This document shows, piece after piece, positions 54,896-62,977 of a DNA stretch of 64,000 bases. The stretch spans positions 1,618 to 65,617 of the forward strand of contig JAFRUA010000067.1 in NCBI GenBank assembly GCA_017434855.1, given 5' to 3'. The stretch is from Clostridia bacterium. Lineage in GTDB: Bacteria > Bacillota > Clostridia > Oscillospirales > Acutalibacteraceae. A program made the position numbers and the translations under genes. How positions within the stretch are numbered: position 1 is the stretch's first letter; every line of letters begins with the position of its first letter. The notes beneath the pieces were generated by a model. That model was not told where the DNA came from. It saw only the letters and a program-made list of their open reading frames with translations, and ran no database searches.

Positions 54896-55888
54896 TCAGG
54901 TTTCTTTTTTCCGGACGCCGCTCAAAATCGCCGCAAGGATTGCGCAGCCGACGCCCGCCACCGGCCAGACGATCCAGGTGCGGTCCCATTTGCCGAGGCC
55001 GAAGCTGACGGCAAGATAGATTGCCGTGACCGCCAGCCAATAGATGCCGAGGATGCGTTCGTTGCGTTCTTTGACCGATTTTTTGTCACGGGCATAGTCG
55101 TCTTCTTCCAGCAGTGTGGAATAGCTGCCCCAGATCATGCCGTCTTTCACCAGAAAAAACACGCCGCACGCCGCAACCAGCAAAAGCAGGCAGACCGAAA
55201 ACACCTGATACAGTTCGTTCTCTGTCAAAATCATGGCCAGGAACAGCGGGATGCTTGACAGCACGCACAGCACCACGCCGACCGTGACCGAAAGGGTGTG
55301 GCGGTTCTGACTGCGCGTCTGCTTTTCACGCACCATGCCGGTGACGCCGTACGCCGTTTCAAACGGTTCGCTTTGCAGATAGTCAAACGGTTTCAATCGC
55401 ATGCCGCACAGCACAAACAGCGCAACCGCCGCGCCGACCAGCAGCAAAAGGACGCAAAGCCCGATGCCGCCCGCCTGCTGTTCGGTCAGCGAAACGGCGC
55501 CGACGTCCTGTGCGCCGCCCAGGCCAAGCAAAAGAATGGGAGAGATGATGCAAAGCCACACGCCCAGCGCGATTTTTCCGGCCGCGGATTTTCTGGCGTC
55601 CAAAAAGGCGTTGGCCTCTTCCATGGACACGGTGCGCAAATGCGAGTCGCCTGTGCCGCCGGCAACAGGGGAGACCCCGTCTTCCAATGAAAGATCGTCT
55701 TTCAGCAGCGTGTCGGTGCTGACGCCGAACAGCTCGGAAAGCTGCAGGATGCGGTTCAGGTCAGGGATGGACTGCGCGCCCTCCCATTTGGAAACGGTCT
55801 GGCGGCTGACGTTCAGTTGGTTTGCAAGATCCTCCTGCGACCAGCCGTTCTTTTTTCTGAGTTGGATGAGTTTGTCTGCGAAAATCAT
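54896..55888 (-). CDS. XRE-family HTH transcriptional regulator with a C-terminal multi-TM domain
   Basis: MIFADKLIQLRKKNGWSQEDLANQLNVSRQTVSKWEGAQSIPDLNRILQLSELFGVSTDTLL is followed by about 5 hydrophobic helices. AAGGAGG lies 9 nt upstream. Confidence 0.85.
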   Translation of the reverse strand: MIFADKLIQLRKKNGWSQEDLANQLNVSRQTVSKWEGAQSIPDLNRILQLSELFGVSTDTLLKDDLSLEDGVSPVAGGTGDSHLRTVSMEEANAFLDARKSAAGKIALGVWLCIISPILLLGLGGAQDVGAVSLTEQQAGGIGLCVLLLLVGAAVALFVLCGMRLKPFDYLQSEPFETAYGVTGMVREKQTRSQNRHTLSVTVGVVLCVLSSIPLFLAMILTENELYQVFSVCLLLLVAACGVFFLVKDGMIWGSYSTLLEEDDYARDKKSVKERNERILGIYWLAVTAIYLAVSFGLGKWDRTWIVWPVAGVGCAILAAILSGVRKKET

Positions 55889-56050
55889 GGTCGAAGCCTC
55901 CTTTGTGTTCTGCGTCCATTCTATCGCAATATGGAAAAAACTGCAAGCAATTCGGCTTGTCAATTTGTCAACCGGCGGTTGCAAATCGCGTTTTCACGCT
56001 TTACATCGGCCGTTTTTTATAAAAAACTGCACAGGTGCAGGCGTGTTCGA

Positions 56051-56716
56051 TCAATAGCAATACTGCCGAATCCCGATGAAAAAGATCGTCAGGCCGATGT
56101 CGATGAACACATGAAAGATCGTGTGGAAGTATCGGTGCTTTTTGCCGGCGCCGTAAAGCACCGCCCCGATCAAAAGCGTGCCGCTGCCGCCGAGAAAGAA
56201 GAAAAACGCGCCGTGCGGCAGAATGGTGAACGCCTTTGCGCCGCAGACCGCACAGACCGCGCCGGTCCCGATGTACAGCGCCATCTGCAGCGCCTTGGTT
56301 TTTTCAAAGGCAGTCAAGGTCAGCACCAGGCCGCTGACCGCGCCCAACCAGCCGCAAACGCACATCACCATTGCGGGAACCCGGCCGGCCGTGGCAAGCA
56401 CCGCAGGCGCGCAGGCCGTGGCGGTACCGGCAACCGTAAAAAAGATCATGCAGTGGTCCAGCAGCCGCAGCAGCCGCTTTGCGTTTGACGGCTTTACGCC
56501 GTGATACAGCGCAGACGTCACAAACATGACCGTGGTGCCAAACAGATACAGCGCGGCGCAAACAATGCTGAACCGGTTGCCGCTTCGGATCGGCGGCAGC
56601 AGACAGTCCTTCACGATCCACGCGCTCAGGATCAGACCGGCCGCATGGGTCACGGTGTGCAAAACCTCTTCTGTTTTGGTATAAGGGACAAGGGGAATGT
56701 GATCCCATGTGCGCAT
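56051..56716 (-). CDS. Hemolysin-III / PAQR-family membrane protein
   Basis: 7-TM profile with HTVTHAAG, TSALYH and LDHCMIFFTVAGT. AAAGGAG lies 9 nt upstream of the ATG at 56716. Confidence 0.8.
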   Translation of the reverse strand: MRTWDHIPLVPYTKTEEVLHTVTHAAGLILSAWIVKDCLLPPIRSGNRFSIVCAALYLFGTTVMFVTSALYHGVKPSNAKRLLRLLDHCMIFFTVAGTATACAPAVLATAGRVPAMVMCVCGWLGAVSGLVLTLTAFEKTKALQMALYIGTGAVCAVCGAKAFTILPHGAFFFFLGGSGTLLIGAVLYGAGKKHRYFHTIFHVFIDIGLTIFFIGIRQYCY

Positions 56717-56782
56717 AATGAGCGCTCCTTTCAACGTCGGTCTGATGAAACAGTAACTTACCTTTCCAAATCCTGATTTCTC

Positions 56783-57031
56783 TTATTTTTCGTTTGCTTC
56801 TTTCAGTGCGATTTCAAGTTAGGCAATAAAATCAGCTTTACTTTGTGCGTATTGTGCCTCATGAATATTTGCGCCAACAGAGGTTCCTGCCCGTGCAAGC
56901 TGGTCGATCATGTATGCGCTTTTCGGCATTTTTATGTTGTCAACGAGATGAACAATGCTCTTTGCAAATTCAAAAGAAAGGTCAACAAGTTTATTGCCTG
57001 ACAAGATAATCACCTCAAGACTCAGTAGCAA
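56783..57031 (-). pseudogene. Four-helix-bundle (23S rRNA intervening-sequence protein family) gene, interrupted by a stop and 3'-truncated
   Basis: ...IDQLARAGTSVGANIHEAQYAQSKADFIA-TAA-LEIALKEANEK-TAA. The family signature (R.G.S.GANI.EA......DF..KL.IA.KE..ET.YWL) continues in frame across the first stop and is then cut off before the last helix. Confidence 0.6.
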
Positions 57032-57037
57032 CAGTCA

Positions 57038-57210
57038 ATGATATATCGCTGCGCGATTATGATATACGGCTTGCGCCGCATGATATATTGCGCCTTTGTC
57101 GCAATATGATATATCCGTTCCTTCATATGCCGCAGGCGTATATCATCGCACGAAGGGCTGTATCATCCCGAAGGGATATCACCCGTTCCGACAGGAACGG
57201 ATATCATTGC
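57038..57210. repeat. Array of 8-mers: four direct ATGATATA copies followed by four inverted copies (TATATCAT-like), bounded by CAATGATAT terminal inverted repeats
   Basis: Forward copies start at 57038, 57059, 57080 and 57106 (spacing 21, 21, 26 nt). Inverted copies lie near 57139, 57161, 57174 and 57200. GCAATATGATATATCCGTTCC (57100-57120) is the imperfect complement of GGAACGGATATCATTGC (57194-57210). Confidence 0.7.
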
Positions 57211-57251
57211 AAACCCCCTCCTTTGTCCGGTAGACAAAAGAGGGGGTTTGC
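57209..57251 (-). terminator. Strong hairpin downstream of the tRNA operon
   Basis: GCAAACCCCCTC.TTTGTC pairs with GACAAA.GAGGGGGTTTGC over about 18 bp around a 5-nt loop. No clear U-tract follows, so function as a terminator or processing site is inferred only from position. Confidence 0.45.
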
Positions 57252-57252
57252 A

Positions 57253-57327
57253 TGGCAGGGGTGGCAGGATTTGAACCTACGAATGCCACAGTCAAAGTGT
57301 GGTGCCTTACCCCTTGGCTACACCCCT
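57253..57327 (-). tRNA. tRNA-Gln (anticodon UUG), CCA encoded
   Basis: Hand-folded cloverleaf from AGGGGTGTAGCC...CCACA-CTTTGAC-TGTGG...GTAGGTTCAAATCCTGC-CACCCCT-G-CCA. Confidence 0.9.
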
Positions 57328-57340
57328 GCGTATAAAAAAA

Positions 57341-57418
57341 TGGGGTGGATAATCGGATTCGAACCGATGGCCTCCAGGGCCACAACCTGGCGCTCTAACC
57401 AACTGAGCTATACCCACC
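57341..57418 (-). tRNA. tRNA-His (anticodon GUG) with G-1, CCA encoded
   Basis: GGTGGGTATAGCTCAGTTGGTTAGAGCG-CCAGG-TTGTGGC-CCTGG...ATCGGTTCGAATCCGAT-TATCCAC-C-CCA. The extra 5' G pairs with C73. Confidence 0.9.
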
Positions 57419-57424
57419 ACATAT

Positions 57425-57501
57425 TGGCGCGGTTTAAGGGACTCGAACCCCCGGCCTACTGCTTAGAAGGCAGTTGCTCTATCCAGCTGAGCTAAAACCG
57501 C
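57425..57501 (-). tRNA. tRNA-Arg (anticodon UCU), CCA encoded
   Basis: GCGGTTTTAGCTCAGCTGGATAGAGCA-ACTGC-CTTCTAA-GCAGT...GGGGGTTCGAGTCCCTT...GCGCCA. Confidence 0.9.
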
Positions 57502-57510
57502 AATTGTCAC

Positions 57511-57584
57511 TGGAGCGGGTGATGGGAATCGAACCCACACGACCAGCTTGGAAGGCTGGGATTCTGCCATTGAACTACACCCGC
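57511..57584 (-). tRNA. tRNA-Gly (anticodon UCC), CCA encoded
   Basis: GCGGGTGTAGTTCAATGGCAGAAT-CCAGC-CTTCCAA-GCTGG...GTGGGTTCGATTCCCAT-CACCCGC-T-CCA. Confidence 0.9.
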
Positions 57585-57604
57585 AGATTTCTAACAGCTT
57601 GAAT

Positions 57605-57633
57605 ATTATACTGAAACGGCAGGGGAATGTCAA
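57605..57633 (-). promoter_or_regulatory. Consensus sigma-A promoter of the tRNA operon
   Basis: The minus strand reads TTGACA, a 17-nt spacer, then TATAAT, ending about 20 nt upstream of tRNA-Gly. Confidence 0.75.
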
Positions 57634-57838
57634 GGCCTTTTTGCAAAAAATTCAAGAAATCTTTTTTCGTTTCCAGTCGGATCCCATGTTTAAATTTTCG
57701 TTATCGGAAGATTGAATTTCCTGTTTTTATGAAGAAGTTCTTAAAAAATTCTTAAATCATAAAGAAACAATATTGACAGTTTCAGAAAACCGCATATAAT
57801 GAAAACCGCAATCAAAATGTGAAAAGAGGAGAACCGCC

Positions 57839-59020
57839 ATGTCAAAAGGCAGCAAAATCATCTGTACCCTTCTCGTCATCCTGCTGGTCTATTCCGCAGC
57901 GATCGGAACGATCTCTGCCCTCGGCCAGCTTGAGCTGAAAAAGACCGTTGAAGACAACAACACCGAGATGACGGAACGTCTGCGCAAGATCACCGATTCT
58001 TACGGGGAAGACCCCGGTACCGAGGACGATGTTTTGATCTGCGGCGAATATACCATCCGTTCCACCCGGCACATTTCCGACGCCTATCTGAGCGGCGACA
58101 CAAGCGCGCTGTCTGACCGCGACAAAGAGACGCTGGATATGGCAAAGGCCGTTCTGGATGAAATCATCACCGACGGTATGACCGATTTTGAAAAAGAAGA
58201 GGCCGCTTATCTTTGGCTGACAACAAAGCTTCATGCCGACACCGGGCTGCTTGACGTGATTCCGTCCACCGATGACGGCGCTGACAACCCCTACGGTGTG
58301 CTGAAAAATCACGATGCGGTCTGTGTCGGATATGCCACGACGATGCGTCTGTTCATGCAGATGCTCGGCATTGAATGCAAGGTCATCCATTCGTCAGATC
58401 TGATCCATTCCTGGAACCTGGTGAATCTTGACGGCGACTGGTACCATGTGGACTGCTACAGCGACGCTGAAGCGGGCAATTATGCCAACTTCAATATGGA
58501 CGACACCCGGGCGCGGTCCTCCCACGACTGGAACGCGGAGTTCTTCCCGGCGGCCAACGGCACGAAGTATTCCTATGCCGAGATGAACGCGGTGGAGATC
58601 AAAAACATCTATTCCATCCCGAAAGCGATCAAAAAGCTGCTTGAGAGCGAACAAAGCATCGGCTGCTATACCTTCAGGCAGAAGATTGGCCCGGACGATG
58701 AATCGGCTGCCGCGGCGATGATCAGCGGGATCACCGAGCGCGTTGACGGACTGAACGAAACCTCCATTGAATGCGTCTGGAGCAAGAACGCAGACGGTGA
58801 CTTTGTTCTGAGCGTCTATATCACGCGATACAATGAAGAGAATGAAACCGATGTGAATGAAGAGACGCAGGAAAAGATCGATCAGGCGATCGAAGATGCG
58901 CTCGGCGACTATATCTCTGAGCATCAGTACGACGATTCCGATGATTATTACTGGAGTTACAACGGAACCAATGCGTTTGAGGCTGCTGAGATTGCCACAA
59001 CAGCAGCGGTACTGCTGTAA
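57839..59020 (+). CDS. Membrane-anchored transglutaminase-like (Cys-His-Asp) domain protein
   Basis: The N-terminal TM helix is IICTLLVILLVYSAAIGTISAL. The core is HDAVCVGYATTMRLFMQMLGIECKVIHS...HSWNLVNLDGDWYHVD. Confidence 0.8.
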   Translation: MSKGSKIICTLLVILLVYSAAIGTISALGQLELKKTVEDNNTEMTERLRKITDSYGEDPGTEDDVLICGEYTIRSTRHISDAYLSGDTSALSDRDKETLDMAKAVLDEIITDGMTDFEKEEAAYLWLTTKLHADTGLLDVIPSTDDGADNPYGVLKNHDAVCVGYATTMRLFMQMLGIECKVIHSSDLIHSWNLVNLDGDWYHVDCYSDAEAGNYANFNMDDTRARSSHDWNAEFFPAANGTKYSYAEMNAVEIKNIYSIPKAIKKLLESEQSIGCYTFRQKIGPDDESAAAAMISGITERVDGLNETSIECVWSKNADGDFVLSVYITRYNEENETDVNEETQEKIDQAIEDALGDYISEHQYDDSDDYYWSYNGTNAFEAAEIATTAAVLL

Positions 59021-59033
59021 GTAAAAAAGGAGA

Positions 59034-59549
59034 ATGACCATGAAACGAATCAATGCGCTTGTGCTGTGCTTTCTGCTGTTTGCGATGATGTTTACCGGCT
59101 GCAAAAAAACAGGCGACGATCAGCAGGAACCCTCCGCAACGGTCAGTATGTATGATTTGTCAAAAGCAATGGAAGCCGCTGCGGGCTTTTCCGGTATGAA
59201 CTATCGCAGCAATTCCGACGACGCGCCGGAGGATGCGTTTTCCTACATCAGCAGCATGGACTATGAAAAAATCGCGGCATTCTTTGTGTCGTATGCGTCC
59301 AACAAGGAAAACCCGAACGCCGACGAGCTCTGCGTCATCGCCGTGAAGGATGTTTCCGACGTCGGCGAGGCAGAGGCGTCGCTGCGCCGGCATCAGGAAA
59401 AGCGCGTCAGCCAATACGCCAGCTATGCGCCGAAACAGGTCCCGAAGGCAGAGGGCGGCATCGTGTTTTCCGAAGGGCAGTATGCCGTGCTCATCATCAG
59501 CGACGACAACGCAACCGTCCGCCAGGCATTTCTTGACTTTGTGAGGTAA
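59034..59549 (+). CDS. DUF4358-like lipoprotein
   Basis: The lipobox is LLFAMMFTGC. Size and position immediately upstream of MBOAT + DHHW genes match a recurrent clostridial triad. Confidence 0.6.
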   Translation: MTMKRINALVLCFLLFAMMFTGCKKTGDDQQEPSATVSMYDLSKAMEAAAGFSGMNYRSNSDDAPEDAFSYISSMDYEKIAAFFVSYASNKENPNADELCVIAVKDVSDVGEAEASLRRHQEKRVSQYASYAPKQVPKAEGGIVFSEGQYAVLIISDDNATVRQAFLDFVR

Positions 59550-59552
59550 ACG

Positions 59553-60962
59553 ATGGTCTTCAGCAGTCCGATCTTTCTATGCGCGTTTTTGCCGCTTGTC
59601 CTTCTGCTGTACGCCGTGATTCCCGCACGATTCAGAAACTTCTTTTTGTTCGCGGCAAGCCTCTTGTTCTATGCATGGGGCGAGCCGCGATACATTCTGA
59701 TCATGCTGTTTTCAACGGTGTTTGACTACTGCAACGGCCTCGCGCTTGAAAAGCTCGATCAAAAAAATCAACCGGTGGCGCGCCGCATGGTGCTGATCCT
59801 TTCGGTCGCGGTCAATCTCGGTTTGATGGGCTTTTTCAAATACACCGATTTTTCGATTGAATCATTCAATCAACTGACGCACAGCAGCGTCGGGCTTTTG
59901 CATATCGCGCTGCCCATCGGCATCTCGTTTTATACGTTCCAGACGCTGTCTTATACCATCGACGTCTATCGCAAAAGGGTCAGCGCCCAGCACAACATCA
60001 TCGACTTCGGCATGTACATCAGCATGTTTCCGCAGCTCATCGCCGGGCCGATCGTGCGGTATGCCGACGTGGAAACGCAGCTCAAAGACAGACGCATCGA
60101 CATGGCGCAGGTCACGCGGGGCGTGTTCCGGTTTGCCGTCGGTCTGTGCAAAAAGGTGCTTTTGGCCAACCAGCTCGGCGCGTTGTGGGACGAGATCCGC
60201 GCAGCGGGCGGCGCGGTTCCGGCGGCGACGGCCTGGCTCGGCGCGCTGGCTTTTGCATTCCAGATCTACTTTGATTTTTCCGGCTACAGCGATATGGCCA
60301 TCGGCCTTGGCGCCATGTTCGGCTTCACGTTTCCGGAGAATTTCAATCATCCCTATGAAGCAAACAGCGTCACGGAGTTCTGGCGCAGATGGCACATCAC
60401 GCTGTCCACCTGGTTCCGCGAATATGTCTATATCCCGCTTGGCGGCAACCGAAAGGGGAAAGTGCGCCAGATTTTCAACCTGTTTGTCGTCTGGTTCCTG
60501 ACCGGTCTGTGGCACGGCGCCGGGGTCAACTTCATCCTCTGGGGGCTTTACTTCTTTGTTTTTCTGGTTCTGGAAAAGCTCTTTCTGCTGCGGGTGCTGC
60601 AGCGGATCCCGAAGCTTTTCGGTCATTTGTACGCGCTGTGCGTCGTGCTGCTTTCCTGGGTCATTTTTGCCTGCGACGAGCCGGCGCTTCTGCGCTGCTA
60701 TCTTCGTGCCTGCTTCGGACAAAACGGTCTGTGGAACGAAGAATCGCTGTATTATGCCGGCAGCTACGCCGTGCTGTTTGTGATCGCCGCGATTCTGAGC
60801 GTTTCGCTCGTCCCGAAGCTGCTGAAAAAGCTGTCTGACCGGATCGGGCGGCCGGCCGCGGTCACTGCGGTCAGGGGCGCTGCCTGCCTGGCGGCGGTGC
60901 TGCTGTGCCTTGCGTTCATCGTCGGCGACAGCTATAACCCGTTTTTGTACTTCAGATTTTAG
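59553..60962 (+). CDS. MBOAT-family membrane O-acyltransferase (AlgI/DltB-like)
   Basis: FWRRWHITLSTWFREYVYIPLGGNR contains the catalytic His region. The profile is polytopic. Confidence 0.9.
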   Translation: MVFSSPIFLCAFLPLVLLLYAVIPARFRNFFLFAASLLFYAWGEPRYILIMLFSTVFDYCNGLALEKLDQKNQPVARRMVLILSVAVNLGLMGFFKYTDFSIESFNQLTHSSVGLLHIALPIGISFYTFQTLSYTIDVYRKRVSAQHNIIDFGMYISMFPQLIAGPIVRYADVETQLKDRRIDMAQVTRGVFRFAVGLCKKVLLANQLGALWDEIRAAGGAVPAATAWLGALAFAFQIYFDFSGYSDMAIGLGAMFGFTFPENFNHPYEANSVTEFWRRWHITLSTWFREYVYIPLGGNRKGKVRQIFNLFVVWFLTGLWHGAGVNFILWGLYFFVFLVLEKLFLLRVLQRIPKLFGHLYALCVVLLSWVIFACDEPALLRCYLRACFGQNGLWNEESLYYAGSYAVLFVIAAILSVSLVPKLLKKLSDRIGRPAAVTAVRGAACLAAVLLCLAFIVGDSYNPFLYFRF

Positions 60963-60974
60963 GAGGGACGCGAT

Positions 60975-62063
60975 ATGAAATGGCTTGAACGCATCATTCC
61001 GGCGTGCTTCCTTCTGATCCTGCTGCTGTGCGGCACGGTCACGGTGCTGAAAGGGGACCGCGCCTTTTCGGATAACGAGAATCGCCCGCTCAAGACGCGG
61101 AGCACGATTTCCAGTCGTGCATCCGACGGTTCGTTTCAACGCGATCTGAACGAATATCTGTCGGACCAGTTTTTGCTGCGTGACGTCTGCACGGCTGCGC
61201 AAAGCCGGCTCAAACGTCTGACCGGGCGGCGCGACATCGGCGGCGCATATCTCGGAAAACAAAACCACCTGTTCCAGCGGATCACCGACCGGGACGTTGA
61301 TCCCGATCAGATCGCCGCGGACGCCAAACGCTATGCCAGGCTGCAGGAACGCACCGGGCTGCCGCTGACGGTACTGCCGGTCCCGTCGGCAGGGATCGCG
61401 CTGTCTGAGCTGTTGCCTGCGCACGCGCAGATGTATGACTATGACGGAATTCTATCGCTTTTACATACGGCCATGCCGCAGGCGACGGTGATCGACACTG
61501 CGCCGGTGCTGCGCGGCAGTTCGGCTTATTTCGGCAGCAATTCCTATTACCGGACGGATCATCACTGGACGACCGAAGGCGCCTATCTCGCATACTGCCG
61601 CCTGGTTTCCGAAAAGGGGAGAGAAGCGCCGCCGATGACGGATTTTTCACTGAAAACGGTGACGGCGGACTTTCGCGGGACCCAGGATTCCCGGGTGCTG
61701 GACCGCAGCATCCCGCCGGACACCATCAAGACGGTCGCGCTGCCGGACGGTGTGCGCGTGGTCGCGGACGGAAAAGAGATCCCGTTTTATAACGATGCGG
61801 CGCTGGAAACAAAAGACAAATACAGCGTTTTCCTTTCCGGAAACCACGGTGTTGTGGAGATCACCAATCCACAGAATCCCGACGGAAAAACGCTGCTGCT
61901 GATCAAGGATTCCTTTGCAAACTGCCTGGCGCCGTTTTTGATTTATGATTACGCAAGGATCGTGATGGTGGACGAGCGCTACTGCATGGACATGCCGGCC
62001 GAGCTTTGCGAACAGTATGGCGCAGACGAGCTGCTGGTGGTGAAGGAAGCGGCGTTCTTTTAA
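60975..62063 (+). CDS. DHHW-motif protein (AlgX/PatB-like partner of MBOAT)
   Basis: An N-terminal TM anchor and YYRTDHHWTTEGAYLAY. Confidence 0.85.
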   Translation: MKWLERIIPACFLLILLLCGTVTVLKGDRAFSDNENRPLKTRSTISSRASDGSFQRDLNEYLSDQFLLRDVCTAAQSRLKRLTGRRDIGGAYLGKQNHLFQRITDRDVDPDQIAADAKRYARLQERTGLPLTVLPVPSAGIALSELLPAHAQMYDYDGILSLLHTAMPQATVIDTAPVLRGSSAYFGSNSYYRTDHHWTTEGAYLAYCRLVSEKGREAPPMTDFSLKTVTADFRGTQDSRVLDRSIPPDTIKTVALPDGVRVVADGKEIPFYNDAALETKDKYSVFLSGNHGVVEITNPQNPDGKTLLLIKDSFANCLAPFLIYDYARIVMVDERYCMDMPAELCEQYGADELLVVKEAAFF

Positions 62064-62076
62064 TCAAAAGTATCAG

Positions 62077-62112
62077 ACCGGGCGGCCCATGGCAACCCGG
62101 TTTTGTTTTGTT
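62077..62112 (+). terminator. Intrinsic terminator
   Basis: ACCGGG-cggcccatggcaa-CCCGGT followed by TTTGTTTTGTT. Confidence 0.55.
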
Positions 62113-62219
62113 GAAAAAGATTGAAAAACGCGGCAAACTGTGCTAAAATAAAAAAAGATTCATTTCTCGCCGGATCGGTTCATATCCTTCTTGTGAAATC
62201 CATGTCACGGAGGGATCGT

Positions 62220-62957
62220 ATGAAATATCAGGTGATCCGGCTGCGGTCGGTGCTGCTGTCTGCCGCGCTGATCGGCGCGCTGTTTTTGTTTTGTCTGCTC
62301 GGCAACCGGATGATCCGCGTCGTCAGTACCCGGGCAGAGCCGGAAAACACGGCGGATGAAACCGGGCCGCTGATCATCATTGACGCCGGGCACGGCGGTG
62401 AGGACGGCGGCGCACAAACCGCAGACGGCATTCCGGAAAAGGACGTCAACCTGTCCGTGTCCGAAAAGCTGGAAGCGACGCTGAAAGCGCGCGGCTTTGA
62501 AACGCTGATGACGCGCACCGACGACACGCTGACGTATGACGAATCAAAAACCACGATGCGTGAGAAAAAAGTGAGCGATATCCATCACCGCGCGTCGTTG
62601 ATCGAGGCGCACCCGGGCTGTGTGGTGCTGAGCATCCACCAGAATTATTTTGAGGACACGCGCTGCACCGGAACGCAGGTCTTTTTTTCACCGAACCATG
62701 CCGGCAGCGAGGCGCTGGCAAACGCGATCCAGTCTGCGGTCGTGGCAGCGCTGCAGCCGGGCAACACCCGCGCCGTGAAGCAAAGCGGAAAAGAGATCTA
62801 TCTTTTGTATCACGCTGCGGTTCCGGCGGTGATGGTGGAATGCGGCTTTTTGTCAAACCCCGAAGAGGCCGCGCGCCTTTTGGATGAAACCTATCAAAGC
62901 GACCTGGCCGCCGCGATCGCGGACGGGCTGGAAGCATATCTGAACACACGATCTTAA
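62220..62957 (+). CDS. cwlD: N-acetylmuramoyl-L-alanine amidase (Amidase_3), CwlD-like
   Basis: The start MKYQVIRL follows GGAGGGA. There is a single N-terminal TM helix. Motifs are IIIDAGHGGEDGGA, LSIHQN and VMVECGFLSNPEEA. Confidence 0.75.
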   Translation: MKYQVIRLRSVLLSAALIGALFLFCLLGNRMIRVVSTRAEPENTADETGPLIIIDAGHGGEDGGAQTADGIPEKDVNLSVSEKLEATLKARGFETLMTRTDDTLTYDESKTTMREKKVSDIHHRASLIEAHPGCVVLSIHQNYFEDTRCTGTQVFFSPNHAGSEALANAIQSAVVAALQPGNTRAVKQSGKEIYLLYHAAVPAVMVECGFLSNPEEAARLLDETYQSDLAAAIADGLEAYLNTRS

Positions 62958-62977
62958 CATACGGGAAGTGAAACACG

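Noticed and set aside
57253-57584. tRNA cluster as an integration site of a prophage or genomic island
   Set aside because: There is no integrase, no duplicated tRNA 3' end (att-like direct repeat) and no phage genes within the window. Only the small repeat array and a decayed gene lie next to it.
59862-61424. 520-aa minus-strand ORF opposite the MBOAT/DHHW genes
   Set aside because: It spans two plus-strand genes with strong family motifs. Its product is an Arg/Gln/Pro-rich sequence with no features.
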